Assembly (NCBI GenBank): GCA_000993685.1
Contig: LBWP01000018.1
Coordinates: forward strand, 1-60,701
Reading direction: 5' to 3'
DNA: 60,701 nucleotides
Source: Candidatus Woesebacteria bacterium GW2011_GWA1_39_21
Lineage (GTDB): Bacteria > Patescibacteriota > Microgenomatia > UBA8517
Of the stretch, positions 48,755 to 57,526 are shown one piece after another; position 1 is the stretch's first letter, and each line of letters begins with the position of its first letter. The notes beneath the pieces were generated by a model. It had not been told where the DNA came from. It was given only the letters and a program-made list of their open reading frames with translations, and did not search any database. Both the position numbers and the translations under genes were made by a program.

Positions 48755-50917
48755 ATGAAGTTAAAAAATATCATCAACATCCTTTACCAAATCCTGTTTT
48801 TTTCCGTTCCTTTAGTCTTGTACCCTTTCACCTCGGAGCTTTTTGAATTTAACAAATTAATCGTCGTCTATATTCTGACTTGTTTGATTGCGCTTTTATG
48901 GGCGTTACGCTGCATTTCTGAAAAACGTTTGATTTTTAAAAAAACACCTCTTAACGTCGTAATAATCGTATTTTTAGTAAGTCAGCTCGTATCAACCTTA
49001 TTTTCAATTGACATCCGTTCGTCAATTTTTGGTTATTACGACAGGTTTAACGGTGGTCTGCTTTCACTTACGGCATACGCCGTCCTGTACTTAGGTTACG
49101 TCTCCAACATGTCAAAAAGGCAGACGGCACTCTCGTTAAAAACGATACTTCTTTCAACGACGATCTCCTCAGTGTACGGAATCTCCGAACATTTTGGGGT
49201 TGATAAGAATTTATGGGTCCAGGATGTGCAAAACCGTGTATTTTCAACCTTTGGTCAACCAAACTGGCTGGCTGCTTGGCTTGCGGCAGTAATCCCGGTC
49301 GGATTATTTTTTAGCCTAAAAACCTTCGAAAACAAGCACGAAGAGGAAAGTGGCAAGCAAAAATTTCGTTTCCAAAAAACGATTCCCTACATTTTTACAT
49401 CCCTTGCGTTTCTGACACTACTTTTTACAAAATCGCGTTCTGGAATATTGGGATTCGCTTTTGCCGACATTATTTTTTGGATACTGATACTCAAACACGT
49501 TTTCAAAGATAAACCAAGACGTGTTACGACACTTAAATTATTTATTGTTAACCATCTTATATTTCTGTTTGTCACCATCTTCGTCGGCACACCATGGACA
49601 CCGAATATTTCAAAACTTTTTAGAACAAATTCTCTTAACAATACAGAGGCTGAATCTGCCGTTAATGAAGCTGCCGTAACTCCAGCACTGGAAACAGGAG
49701 GCTCAAGTTCCGCGGAAATCAGAAGAATAGTTTGGCAGGGAGCCTTGGACGTCTGGAAAAACTATCCGCTATTTGGATCCGGCGTAGAAACTTTTGCCTT
49801 CTCCTACTATAAATATCGTCCAGCTTCTCACAATCTCGTCTCCGAATGGGACTTTTTGTATAACAAAGCCCACAATGAATATCTGAATTTTATGGCAACA
49901 ACAGGGACAGTGGGAATTCTGGCATACCTTCTATTAATCGTTCTTTCGCTCGCGCAAATTTCCGGCTTCAAATTAATAACTTCAAAACCCAATTTAAAAA
50001 ACGACAACCAGCAAGACAAAAATGAACAGCATAATGCACTAGAGATTAGGAATTTAAATTACGCGTTGTTGGCAGGCTACGCCTCAATCCTCATCACAAA
50101 TTTTTTTGGTTTTTCCGTTGTTCCCATCAGCCTGTTATTTTTTATTTTCCCGGCGTTTGCTTTGTCAGAACAAGGCAGCGATCGCGTTGAAGAGTATCGG
50201 TTTGATTTCAGAAAATTTAACAGCTTACAAAAACTGGCTGGTATTATCTTAGCCTCTTTTACCCTTTTTCTCATTTACTCTGTCTTCCGCTATTGGTATG
50301 CCGACATTTTATACAACCGTGCCCACCTGTTTTATAAGTCGGGACGGTTGATTGATGCTGTAAACACGATTGGCTCGGCGATCAAACTTTCACCACACGA
50401 GGCAATATATCAAAATGAACTTGCCAGCAATTTTGCGGAGGTTGCACTTGTTTACAACAAACAGGATAGTAAAGACAATGCAAAAAAATTTGCCGGTAAT
50501 GCAAAAAAAATTGTCCTTCAGGCAGAGTCGTTATCGCCGTCAAATTTAAACATCCTAAGAAACCACGCGCGTATCGCAATTAATCTTTCAGAAATTGACC
50601 CCGATCAGATATTAGATGCAAAAAATACTTTGCTTAAAGCCCTCGACCTTGCCCCCACCGACGCAAAACTTTATTTGAATTTGAGCATGGTTTACTACCG
50701 GATTAATGACACCGATAAGGCAATTGAACTTCTGGAAAAAACAATCGAACTTAAGACAAACTACAGAGATGCAAGATATGCATATGCAGTAATTTTGTCA
50801 GAAAAAGGTGAGATTGAAGGCGCGAAAGCGCAACTAAAATACATTCTCGATACGATTGACCCAAATGATGAAAATGCACTCAAAGAATTGAAAAATCTAG
50901 ATTCAACTGCAAATTAG
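48755..50917 (+). CDS. O-antigen ligase (Wzy_C/WaaL-like) membrane protein with C-terminal TPR repeats
   Basis: STFGQPNWLA, FTKSRSG, IRRIVWQGA, PLFGSG, KAHNEYL; TPR-like helices at the C-terminus. Confidence 0.85.
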   Translation: MKLKNIINILYQILFFSVPLVLYPFTSELFEFNKLIVVYILTCLIALLWALRCISEKRLIFKKTPLNVVIIVFLVSQLVSTLFSIDIRSSIFGYYDRFNGGLLSLTAYAVLYLGYVSNMSKRQTALSLKTILLSTTISSVYGISEHFGVDKNLWVQDVQNRVFSTFGQPNWLAAWLAAVIPVGLFFSLKTFENKHEEESGKQKFRFQKTIPYIFTSLAFLTLLFTKSRSGILGFAFADIIFWILILKHVFKDKPRRVTTLKLFIVNHLIFLFVTIFVGTPWTPNISKLFRTNSLNNTEAESAVNEAAVTPALETGGSSSAEIRRIVWQGALDVWKNYPLFGSGVETFAFSYYKYRPASHNLVSEWDFLYNKAHNEYLNFMATTGTVGILAYLLLIVLSLAQISGFKLITSKPNLKNDNQQDKNEQHNALEIRNLNYALLAGYASILITNFFGFSVVPISLLFFIFPAFALSEQGSDRVEEYRFDFRKFNSLQKLAGIILASFTLFLIYSVFRYWYADILYNRAHLFYKSGRLIDAVNTIGSAIKLSPHEAIYQNELASNFAEVALVYNKQDSKDNAKKFAGNAKKIVLQAESLSPSNLNILRNHARIAINLSEIDPDQILDAKNTLLKALDLAPTDAKLYLNLSMVYYRINDTDKAIELLEKTIELKTNYRDARYAYAVILSEKGEIEGAKAQLKYILDTIDPNDENALKELKNLDSTAN

Positions 50918-51043
50918 CCTCAAATAAGGTAAAATAGGAAAACAAGGTAAAATGACAAGATGGTAAAAAGGTAAAAGTATCATAAATAACTTATTTTTGT
51001 TTCTTCTTTTACACTTTTACTCTTTCAGCCTTTCACATAACGT

Positions 51044-51568
51044 ATGATTCAAAAAATCGTTTCCGTAAAGGATCCGACACTTCGGATACCTTCAAAAAAT
51101 ATTACTAGGTTTGATAAAAAAACATATAAACTGATCAACGATCTGAAAGACACATTGGTTATCCAAAACGATCCGGTTGGGGTGGGTCTTGCTGCGCCAC
51201 AAATCGGCAAGAACCTGCGTGTTTTTGCAATTAAACCGGACGCAACTGTAAAGATTATCGCCAATCCCGAAATCATCTCTGTGGCAAAAGAGGCAAAAGA
51301 TTTAATCGACCACGACACCAAACTGATGGAGGGTTGTTTATCGCTTCCAAATTTATACGGTCCGCTCAAACGTCCAAGCACAGTTAAAATCAACTATTTA
51401 GACGACAAAGGAGAGAAGGTCACTAAGCTCTTTAGTGGATTTGAGGCACAAATTATTCTTCACGAGATCGACCATCTAAACGGGATTCTTTTTATAGACC
51501 GACTTCTCGAACAAAAAAAACCGTTGTATGAACTTGTCAACGGCGAATGGGAAAAAGTTGAAATATGA
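51044..51568 (+). CDS. def: Peptide deformylase
   Basis: GVGLAAPQIG, EGCLS, HEIDHLNG. Confidence 0.97.
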   Translation: MIQKIVSVKDPTLRIPSKNITRFDKKTYKLINDLKDTLVIQNDPVGVGLAAPQIGKNLRVFAIKPDATVKIIANPEIISVAKEAKDLIDHDTKLMEGCLSLPNLYGPLKRPSTVKINYLDDKGEKVTKLFSGFEAQIILHEIDHLNGILFIDRLLEQKKPLYELVNGEWEKVEI

Positions 51569-52539
51569 AAATTGTTTTTTTTGGAACACCCAATTACGTT
51601 GTACCAGTTTTAGAGGCGCTTCACAAAGCTTTGAAAAATCGTGGTGAGTCACCAATTGCAGCCGTTGTAACGCAGGAACCAAAACTATCAGGTAGAGAAC
51701 AGCAAAAAACTTTCTCGCCGGTTGACGCCTGGGCATACCAACACAAAAAGCCGATTTACTTCAATCCAATGGACATCGTAACAGAAAATATTGACGCTGA
51801 AATTGCAGTACTAGCATCTTTCGGAAAGATCATTCCCGATGAGGTAATTAAATATTTTAAGTATGGAATCATTAACATTCACCCGTCATTACTACCACAG
51901 TGGCGTGGTGCTTCACCGATCCAAGCAACAATTGTCAGTGGCCAAAAAGAAACCGGTGTCACTTTTATGAAATTAGATCCGCTTTTGGACCACGGAGAAA
52001 TAATTTCCCAATTTAAAGACGAAGTATTTGATACCGACAACAATGAAAGCTTGCGCACAAGATTGTTTGAAAGAGCCTCCAATGTTTTAGTCGATCTAAT
52101 TCCCGCTTATACCAGCGGAAAAATAAAAACCAAACCCCAAGAGCACGACAAGGCAACTTTTACAAAACAGCTCAAGAAAGAGGATGGTTTCATTCCACCA
52201 AAATATTTGGAGGCAGAGTTAAGTGGAAAAACCCGACGCGATAAATGGGAAATTTCCTGGATGAAAGTTGACAATAAACCTTATTACTCACAACCTACTG
52301 TCTACAATGTCTTCAGCTTTATCCGTGCAATGGAACCATGGCCCGGGGCTTGGACCTCCGTAAAGGTTGGCAACGACACGTCACAAGCAAAAAGATTAAA
52401 AATTTTAAAAGCGCATCTTTCGAACCTACAAACCACAACTAACGGCCCACAACTCATGCTTGACGAAGTCCAACTTGAGGGCAAGTCACCAGTTTCCTGG
52501 AGGCAATTCACGGAAGGTTACCCAAACGCTAAATTTTAA
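51565..52539 (+). CDS. fmt: Methionyl-tRNA formyltransferase
   Basis: IVFFGTP, INIHPSLLPQWRGASPI, ETGVT, LDHG; def-fmt synteny. Confidence 0.95.
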   Translation: MKIVFFGTPNYVVPVLEALHKALKNRGESPIAAVVTQEPKLSGREQQKTFSPVDAWAYQHKKPIYFNPMDIVTENIDAEIAVLASFGKIIPDEVIKYFKYGIINIHPSLLPQWRGASPIQATIVSGQKETGVTFMKLDPLLDHGEIISQFKDEVFDTDNNESLRTRLFERASNVLVDLIPAYTSGKIKTKPQEHDKATFTKQLKKEDGFIPPKYLEAELSGKTRRDKWEISWMKVDNKPYYSQPTVYNVFSFIRAMEPWPGAWTSVKVGNDTSQAKRLKILKAHLSNLQTTTNGPQLMLDEVQLEGKSPVSWRQFTEGYPNAKF

Positions 52540-52608
52540 TAACAACTTCGGCTTCTTACTTTTCGAATGCAAGAGTCGGACGCTCTTGATCAACTTCGCA
52601 CAATGATC

Positions 52609-53181
52609 TTACTTAACTTTCCAAAAAACTTTTGTCAGCCTTTCCTTGTCGTTCTTTGTAAGTTTGACACTTGAATCTTCTGTCAACTTATTTGGAACCA
52701 AAAGCAGATGAAGGGGGTTATTTTTAAGAGGGCACCACCTAACTTGCCATTCAGCATATTCAATTCCACTTATATGGGCTAAATATAGATGGTCATTACT
52801 CCTTGCCATTCTTCTGCCTGTAACTGCATTAACTACCATATTCATATCGATGTCCTTTTCTTCAATTCCCAAACTTCGGGTGAAATCGATGTGAGCCGAT
52901 TTGCCGAGGGGAAATCCGTTTATACAATCAATTCTGTCTGTTTTTGTAAAATCAAAATGGTTCCATTCCAAACGGTTTACGGATAACACCCCAACAGCAA
53001 AACCGACCTTGTCTGCCATTTGTTGAGTTATTCTCATACCTTCCTCTGGTAAGTAAGGTTTTACCCTTTCATACATTTCTCTATATTGCCACCAATACAG
53101 CGCATTACCCTCACCATCGAGTCGATAATTCGTCCGATTTACAAGGCCACCCCGTCTTTCGTTCATATTATTATAGGTCAT
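52609..53181 (-). CDS. Hypothetical protein
   Basis: 190 aa ORF, AT-rich codon use, convergent with fmt. Confidence 0.6.
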   Translation of the reverse strand: MTYNNMNERRGGLVNRTNYRLDGEGNALYWWQYREMYERVKPYLPEEGMRITQQMADKVGFAVGVLSVNRLEWNHFDFTKTDRIDCINGFPLGKSAHIDFTRSLGIEEKDIDMNMVVNAVTGRRMARSNDHLYLAHISGIEYAEWQVRWCPLKNNPLHLLLVPNKLTEDSSVKLTKNDKERLTKVFWKVK

Positions 53182-53219
53182 ATTATAATGCAGATGCTCC
53201 CGAATTTGAAGTGCACTTT

Positions 53220-53471
53220 TTAAATGAAGGAAATATTCTTATAATCCCCGATACTTCCAAAGTTTTTAATTCTTTTAATACACTTTGCACAGAGGCGCAT
53301 TTGTTTACTTTCGCCATTGATAACAACTGTTTTCTTTTGTAAATTGATTCTGAATAATCTCGGTGTAACTGGAGCACGTTTCTTCCAGCGTTTTCCGGCA
53401 ACACCGCGCCCGTGAGTTCGCGAACTTCCCATGACATTTTTCTTGTGACAAATCTGACAAACGTATGACAT
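53220..53471 (-). CDS. rpmB: 50S ribosomal protein L28
   Basis: CQICHKK...R.FRINLQ...LCAKCIK. Confidence 0.92.
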   Translation of the reverse strand: MSYVCQICHKKNVMGSSRTHGRGVAGKRWKKRAPVTPRLFRINLQKKTVVINGESKQMRLCAKCIKRIKNFGSIGDYKNISFI

Positions 53472-53605
53472 AAAACAAACTCAAAACTTAAAGGTCAAAA
53501 TTCAAAATTAAATGATTTCTAATTAAAAGCTTTGAATTTTACACTTTGAGCTTTGAGATTTTAATATTATACTAATAAAGTAATTCTTTAGCAAAGGAAG
53601 AATTT

Positions 53606-54250
53606 ATGCAAATCATCTCTGCAATTTTAGCGTTTGTCATCGCCATCACTATTCACGAAGCTTCCCATGCTTGGATGTCCGATCGATTAGGCGACCCAAC
53701 TGCAAGATTGATGGGAAGGCTATCCTTCAATCCCTTGCGGCATCTTGACCTATACGGGACAGTTTTAATCCCGCTTTTTTTAATCTTTATCGGATCCCCT
53801 TTTGTCTTTGGCTGGGCGAAACCGGTAATGTTTGACCCTTACAATTTAAGAAATCCAAAAAAGGACGGTGCCTTAATTGCCCTCTCGGGGCCTGCCTCAA
53901 ACATGCTTTTGGCAATTGTTTTAGCTGTTGTTTTTAATCTTATAAATAATCCGTTTTTTCCATCAACATTTCTGAAAATGCTTTTAACGGACATAATTAC
54001 TATTAACGTTGCTTTAGCTATTTTCAACCTAATACCAATTCATCCGCTAGACGGTGGAAAAATCTTTATCGGAGTCTTGCCTGACAAAGACGCCGCCGAG
54101 GCGGAGAATTTCATGAATCGATTCGGTCTAATTCTTCTTCTTATTATTATCTTTCCTCTTTTTGGAAGGACATCGGCGCTAAACGCTTTTATTACCCCGA
54201 TCGTCAGTTTGATACTGAAGATTCTCATACCGGGTTCCGGAATGGTTTAA
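53606..54250 (+). CDS. Site-2 protease family (M50) zinc peptidase
   Basis: HEASH, GRLSFNPLRHLD, GWAKPV, AGP-like SGPASN, NLIPIHPLDG. Confidence 0.92.
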   Translation: MQIISAILAFVIAITIHEASHAWMSDRLGDPTARLMGRLSFNPLRHLDLYGTVLIPLFLIFIGSPFVFGWAKPVMFDPYNLRNPKKDGALIALSGPASNMLLAIVLAVVFNLINNPFFPSTFLKMLLTDIITINVALAIFNLIPIHPLDGGKIFIGVLPDKDAAEAENFMNRFGLILLLIIIFPLFGRTSALNAFITPIVSLILKILIPGSGMV

Positions 54251-54316
54251 CATCAAAAAAGCAGTAGCTTCAAATAATTTTCAACTGGCAGATGTTGCAT
54301 CGCCGTGTTACTATTA

Positions 54317-54518
54317 GATTGACCCTGTTTGGGGAATATTTAAGGGAAAGCTTTTTCCTCATCAAAAAAAGCTATTCTGGGTCCTCGATTCACTCGGGGT
54401 CGGCAGGAACGTTTCTGCCGGGGACGAATTGTCCATTGCCTGTGGGCTTTGGATTGAGTCTACCCACCTCGTTCATACGGGGAAAAACTTCACCTTATCC
54501 CCCCATACAGGGTCATTC
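54317..54518 (+). ncRNA. Putative 6S-like rod-shaped ncRNA (~200 nt)
   Basis: End-to-end pairing GATTGACCCTGTTTGGGG / CCCCATACAGGGTCATTC, TTTTTCCTC / GGGGAAAAA, CTCGATTCA / TGGATTGAG, with a central bubble; G-U pairs favour the + strand. Confidence 0.5.
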
Positions 54519-54719
54519 ATTTCAGAGTAAAAGGGCGAGCGAGTAAAAGAGTAAAAGTAAAACACAAGACAGAACTATTTATACACCCTATTCATCCACA
54601 ATTATCTTGCTTCAAGGATCACACAATTTTTGATATAATCTCACTATCGGATTTGTTTTTATAGATTCCCGCCTGGGTTTACTCCGTTTTTTTATGGGGG
54701 GGGAATGACAACCAAAAAT

Positions 54720-54790
54720 GCCCTTCTAGCTCAATGGCAGAGCGACGGTTTTGTAAACCGCTGATTGGAGTTCGATTCTCCAGTAGGGCT
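54720..54790 (+). tRNA. tRNA-Thr(TGT)
   Basis: Cloverleaf; anticodon arm CGGT-TTTGTAA-ACCG; T-arm TGGAG-TTCGATT-CTCCA; one acceptor-stem mismatch. Confidence 0.9.
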
Positions 54791-54794
54791 CAAC

Positions 54795-54879
54795 GCTGAG
54801 GTGGCGGAGCGGCCAATCGCACCAGACTGTAAATCTGGCGCCCGGACGGGCTACCTAGGTTCGAATCCTAGCCTCAGCA
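54795..54879 (+). tRNA. tRNA-Tyr(GTA)
   Basis: GCTGAGG/CCTCAGC acceptor, CCAGA-CTGTAAA-TCTGG, long variable arm, CTAGG-TTCGAAT-CCTAG. Confidence 0.95.
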
Positions 54880-54944
54880 CTCCTTGCAGTCGTGTTGAGT
54901 CTAGTCTTGATAGTGCACAAGTAATGAATTGCATTCGTGCACGG

Positions 54945-54963
54945 CGAATCCTAGCCTCAGCAC
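54945..54963 (+). repeat. 19 bp direct repeat of the tRNA-Tyr 3' end (att-like)
   Basis: CGAATCCTAGCCTCAGCAC at 54862-54880 and again at 54945-54963. Confidence 0.85.
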
Positions 54964-54964
54964 A

Positions 54965-55063
54965 ATAAACTACCACGGGCTAAAGCCCATGGTATTTTGT
55001 CGACAAGATTGGATTCTTGCTTCATCCACGGACTAAAGTCCGTGGATTTCGCACATGAATTCA
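54965..55063 (-). mobile_element. Family A mini-element, copy 4
   Basis: 99 bp, two hairpins, flanked by ATAA. Confidence 0.82.
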
Positions 55064-55151
55064 ATAATAGCTTAATGCTGACAGCTAATGGCTTATAGCA
55101 ATAACAGTTAAATCTGATAAGGGTGGATGGTTAATTCGTTAGTTTGAACAG

Positions 55152-55415
55152 TTGAGACAAAATGTCAAAATCGGAAAAGCCAATAATTTATACGCAAGGT
55201 ATGGCAAAGTCGTGGTTAAACGAATCGGGTTATTGTCAAGAAAAATGACTTTATTAAAGGACGAATACTATTCCCCGCCTAAACATCTAAGAAATGGTTT
55301 ATATACTTTTATTGCAATGGTAGAAACTGCCGAAGGTATGGAACTAAAACCATTTTCGGAAGTTCTTCAACAAAAACAAAAAGATTGTGGTTTACCTGAA
55401 AATCGTCTTAACTAG
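55152..55415 (+). CDS. Hypothetical protein
   Basis: 87 aa, TTG start, ends 15 nt before queA. Confidence 0.35.
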   Translation: MRQNVKIGKANNLYARYGKVVVKRIGLLSRKMTLLKDEYYSPPKHLRNGLYTFIAMVETAEGMELKPFSEVLQQKQKDCGLPENRLN

Positions 55416-55430
55416 GATAGAGAAGTATAG

Positions 55431-56438
55431 ATGAACATCTCAAAATTTGACTACCTTCTCCCCCATGAACTGATTGCCCAAAAACCAGCCAATCCGAGAG
55501 ATACCTCAAAACTATTGCTTCTGGATCGCAACACGGGTGAAATCAAACACACCATCTTCCACAATATTACAAATTATTTTAATAAAAATGATGTCCTTGT
55601 TTTTAATAAATCAAAAGTCTTCCCCGCCAGATTATTCGGACAGAAAAAAACCAAAGGTAAAGTCGAAATTTTGATCCTGCGCTTTTTAGGAGATTCCACC
55701 TGCGAAGCTATCACCAAACCAGGACTATTTCTCCATGACAAAATTAAAGTCGAAGATCTCGAAGGAGAAGTTATACAAAGAAATGGTTATATCACTCACA
55801 TCGGGTTTTCCGTTCCCGAAGATGAACTGAAGCGAAAAATAACTGTTTATGGCCACACGCCGATCCCGCCGTACATTGGCAAAACCGACATGAGCGAAAA
55901 AGATTTGCGCGAAAAATATCAAACCGTTTATGCAAAACAAATCGGTTCTTCAGCGGCACCGACAGCTGGACTCCATTTTACAAAGGAACTTCTGAAAAAA
56001 ATTGCTAGAGAAAAAATACGGAGCGAATACGTAACTCTTCATGTCGGATTGGGCACATTTGCATCGGTTAAAGAAAAGATCGTTGAAAAACACAAAATTC
56101 ATGAAGAGTATTTTGAAGTAGATGCAAAAACACTAAAAAAGTTAAACCAAGCAAAAAAAGATGGTAAAAGAATTATTGCAGTTGGAACAACTATCTATCC
56201 ACCATATAAATTTAAATTTGTCGATGGCTTGATTACCAACTTTCATTTGCCAAAATCAACGCTTTTGATGTTGGCCAGTGCATTTGTGAGTTACCCAAAT
56301 ACCAGTCACAAATTCGTTGATTTTGGGTCTAGTTCACTGGAGCAAGCATATTCCGCTGCGATTGAGAAGCAGTATCGTTTCTTCTCATTTGGTGACGCAA
56401 TGTTTATTCAAACTGCGCCAAAACCGTGGACTTTTTGA
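55431..56438 (+). CDS. queA: S-adenosylmethionine:tRNA ribosyltransferase-isomerase QueA, with an apparent in-frame deletion
   Basis: FDYLLPHELIAQKP, VFPARL, PIPPYI, YQTVYA, SAAPTAGLHF, LHVGLGTF, TNFHLPKSTL, YRFFSFGDAM. Confidence 0.93.
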   Translation: MNISKFDYLLPHELIAQKPANPRDTSKLLLLDRNTGEIKHTIFHNITNYFNKNDVLVFNKSKVFPARLFGQKKTKGKVEILILRFLGDSTCEAITKPGLFLHDKIKVEDLEGEVIQRNGYITHIGFSVPEDELKRKITVYGHTPIPPYIGKTDMSEKDLREKYQTVYAKQIGSSAAPTAGLHFTKELLKKIAREKIRSEYVTLHVGLGTFASVKEKIVEKHKIHEEYFEVDAKTLKKLNQAKKDGKRIIAVGTTIYPPYKFKFVDGLITNFHLPKSTLLMLASAFVSYPNTSHKFVDFGSSSLEQAYSAAIEKQYRFFSFGDAMFIQTAPKPWTF

Positions 56439-56509
56439 GAGTATATAGGCAAGACTGTAAAAGAGTAAAAGAAAAAACAATTGTTTTTATCAAACGGTTT
56501 AGATAAATA

Positions 56510-57508
56510 TTATCTTACAATTTCCGGCTGTCCGATATTTCGGATATAGGTATTGAAACGCTCTTCTTTTACAACACCGTTTTTATTTAACGTAAGTCTT
56601 ACCAACATTCCTTTTTTGGTGTCTTCACTCCACATTTGGTCGAAAACCAAATTGCCAAGTGAATAGTAAACAAGTTTATTATTTTTTAAATCACAATTAC
56701 CTTCAACTAAATTGCCGGACATGTCAAAACAACTTACATTTTGTACCCAGTGCGGATGATGTCCAGCAATGATATCAGCACCTGCCTTTACCATTTCACT
56801 TGCCCATTGGCGTTGGTTTACGTTTGCCTTGGCTTTATATTCATCACCCCAGTGAACTCCAACAACTAAAAGATCCACTTGAGAAGCAGACTCTCTAATT
56901 AATTGATAAACATTTTCAGTGAGGATATTGGATGTAAAATCAAAACCTAAAAACCCGAGTGTCAAATCGTTAATTTTTTTTATCACCACGGGTGAAATCA
57001 AATCGGTCCGGTTGTTAATCCCCACATATGAAATCCCGGCTTCTTTTAAATGTGTAATTGTTTGGGAAAGACCATCCTCCCCGTAATTCAAAGAATGATT
57101 ATTGGCAAGGTTAACAATATTGATACCTGCACTTTTTAGTCCATCCAACATCATTGGTGGTGCGCAAAAAACCATACTTGAGCTTGTCTTCGGACAATTA
57201 TTAATAATTGGAGTTTCAAGGTTTACAAAAAAAATATCAGCACTTTTAGTAAGGTCGGATATCTTCACAAAAGGATACACCCCGCCGCTGTTTTTTTCTG
57301 AAGTTTGGGCAACCATTCTTCCGAGCATCACATCTCCGCCAAGAAGTAGCGTTAAATCATTTTTTTCTGTTTCCGCTATTTTCGAATCATCAGCTACACT
57401 TTTTATTGGATCGGGTGTGTTCATGTGTGGAAGATTATAACGCACTAAAGTTGTAAATGAAAAAAATAGCAGCAAAAACAAACCGACAGTTAATGCAAAT
57501 TGCTTCAT
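56510..57508 (-). CDS. CapA family (poly-gamma-glutamate synthesis-like) metallophosphoesterase
   Basis: GGDVML, VNLETP, NLANNHSLNYG, VHWGDEY, AGHHPHWVQ, YSLGNLVFDQ. Confidence 0.9.
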   Translation of the reverse strand: MKQFALTVGLFLLLFFSFTTLVRYNLPHMNTPDPIKSVADDSKIAETEKNDLTLLLGGDVMLGRMVAQTSEKNSGGVYPFVKISDLTKSADIFFVNLETPIINNCPKTSSSMVFCAPPMMLDGLKSAGINIVNLANNHSLNYGEDGLSQTITHLKEAGISYVGINNRTDLISPVVIKKINDLTLGFLGFDFTSNILTENVYQLIRESASQVDLLVVGVHWGDEYKAKANVNQRQWASEMVKAGADIIAGHHPHWVQNVSCFDMSGNLVEGNCDLKNNKLVYYSLGNLVFDQMWSEDTKKGMLVRLTLNKNGVVKEERFNTYIRNIGQPEIVR

Positions 57509-57526
57509 TAATCTATTATACGAAAG

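Noticed and set aside
54317-54518. RNase P RNA, SRP RNA or tmRNA identity for the structured region
   Set aside because: Lacks the GAGGAAAGUC/P4 signature, the SRP helix-8 motif and tRNA-like ends.
54765-54968. 67 aa ORF over tRNA-Thr/Tyr, and ORFs at 59695-59880 and 59707-59973 over tRNA-Trp
   Set aside because: They overlap clear tRNA cloverleaves and are spurious.
14559-55063. Recurring ~100 bp repeats considered as a CRISPR array
   Set aside because: Copies are dispersed kilobases apart, with no repeat-spacer periodicity and no cas genes.
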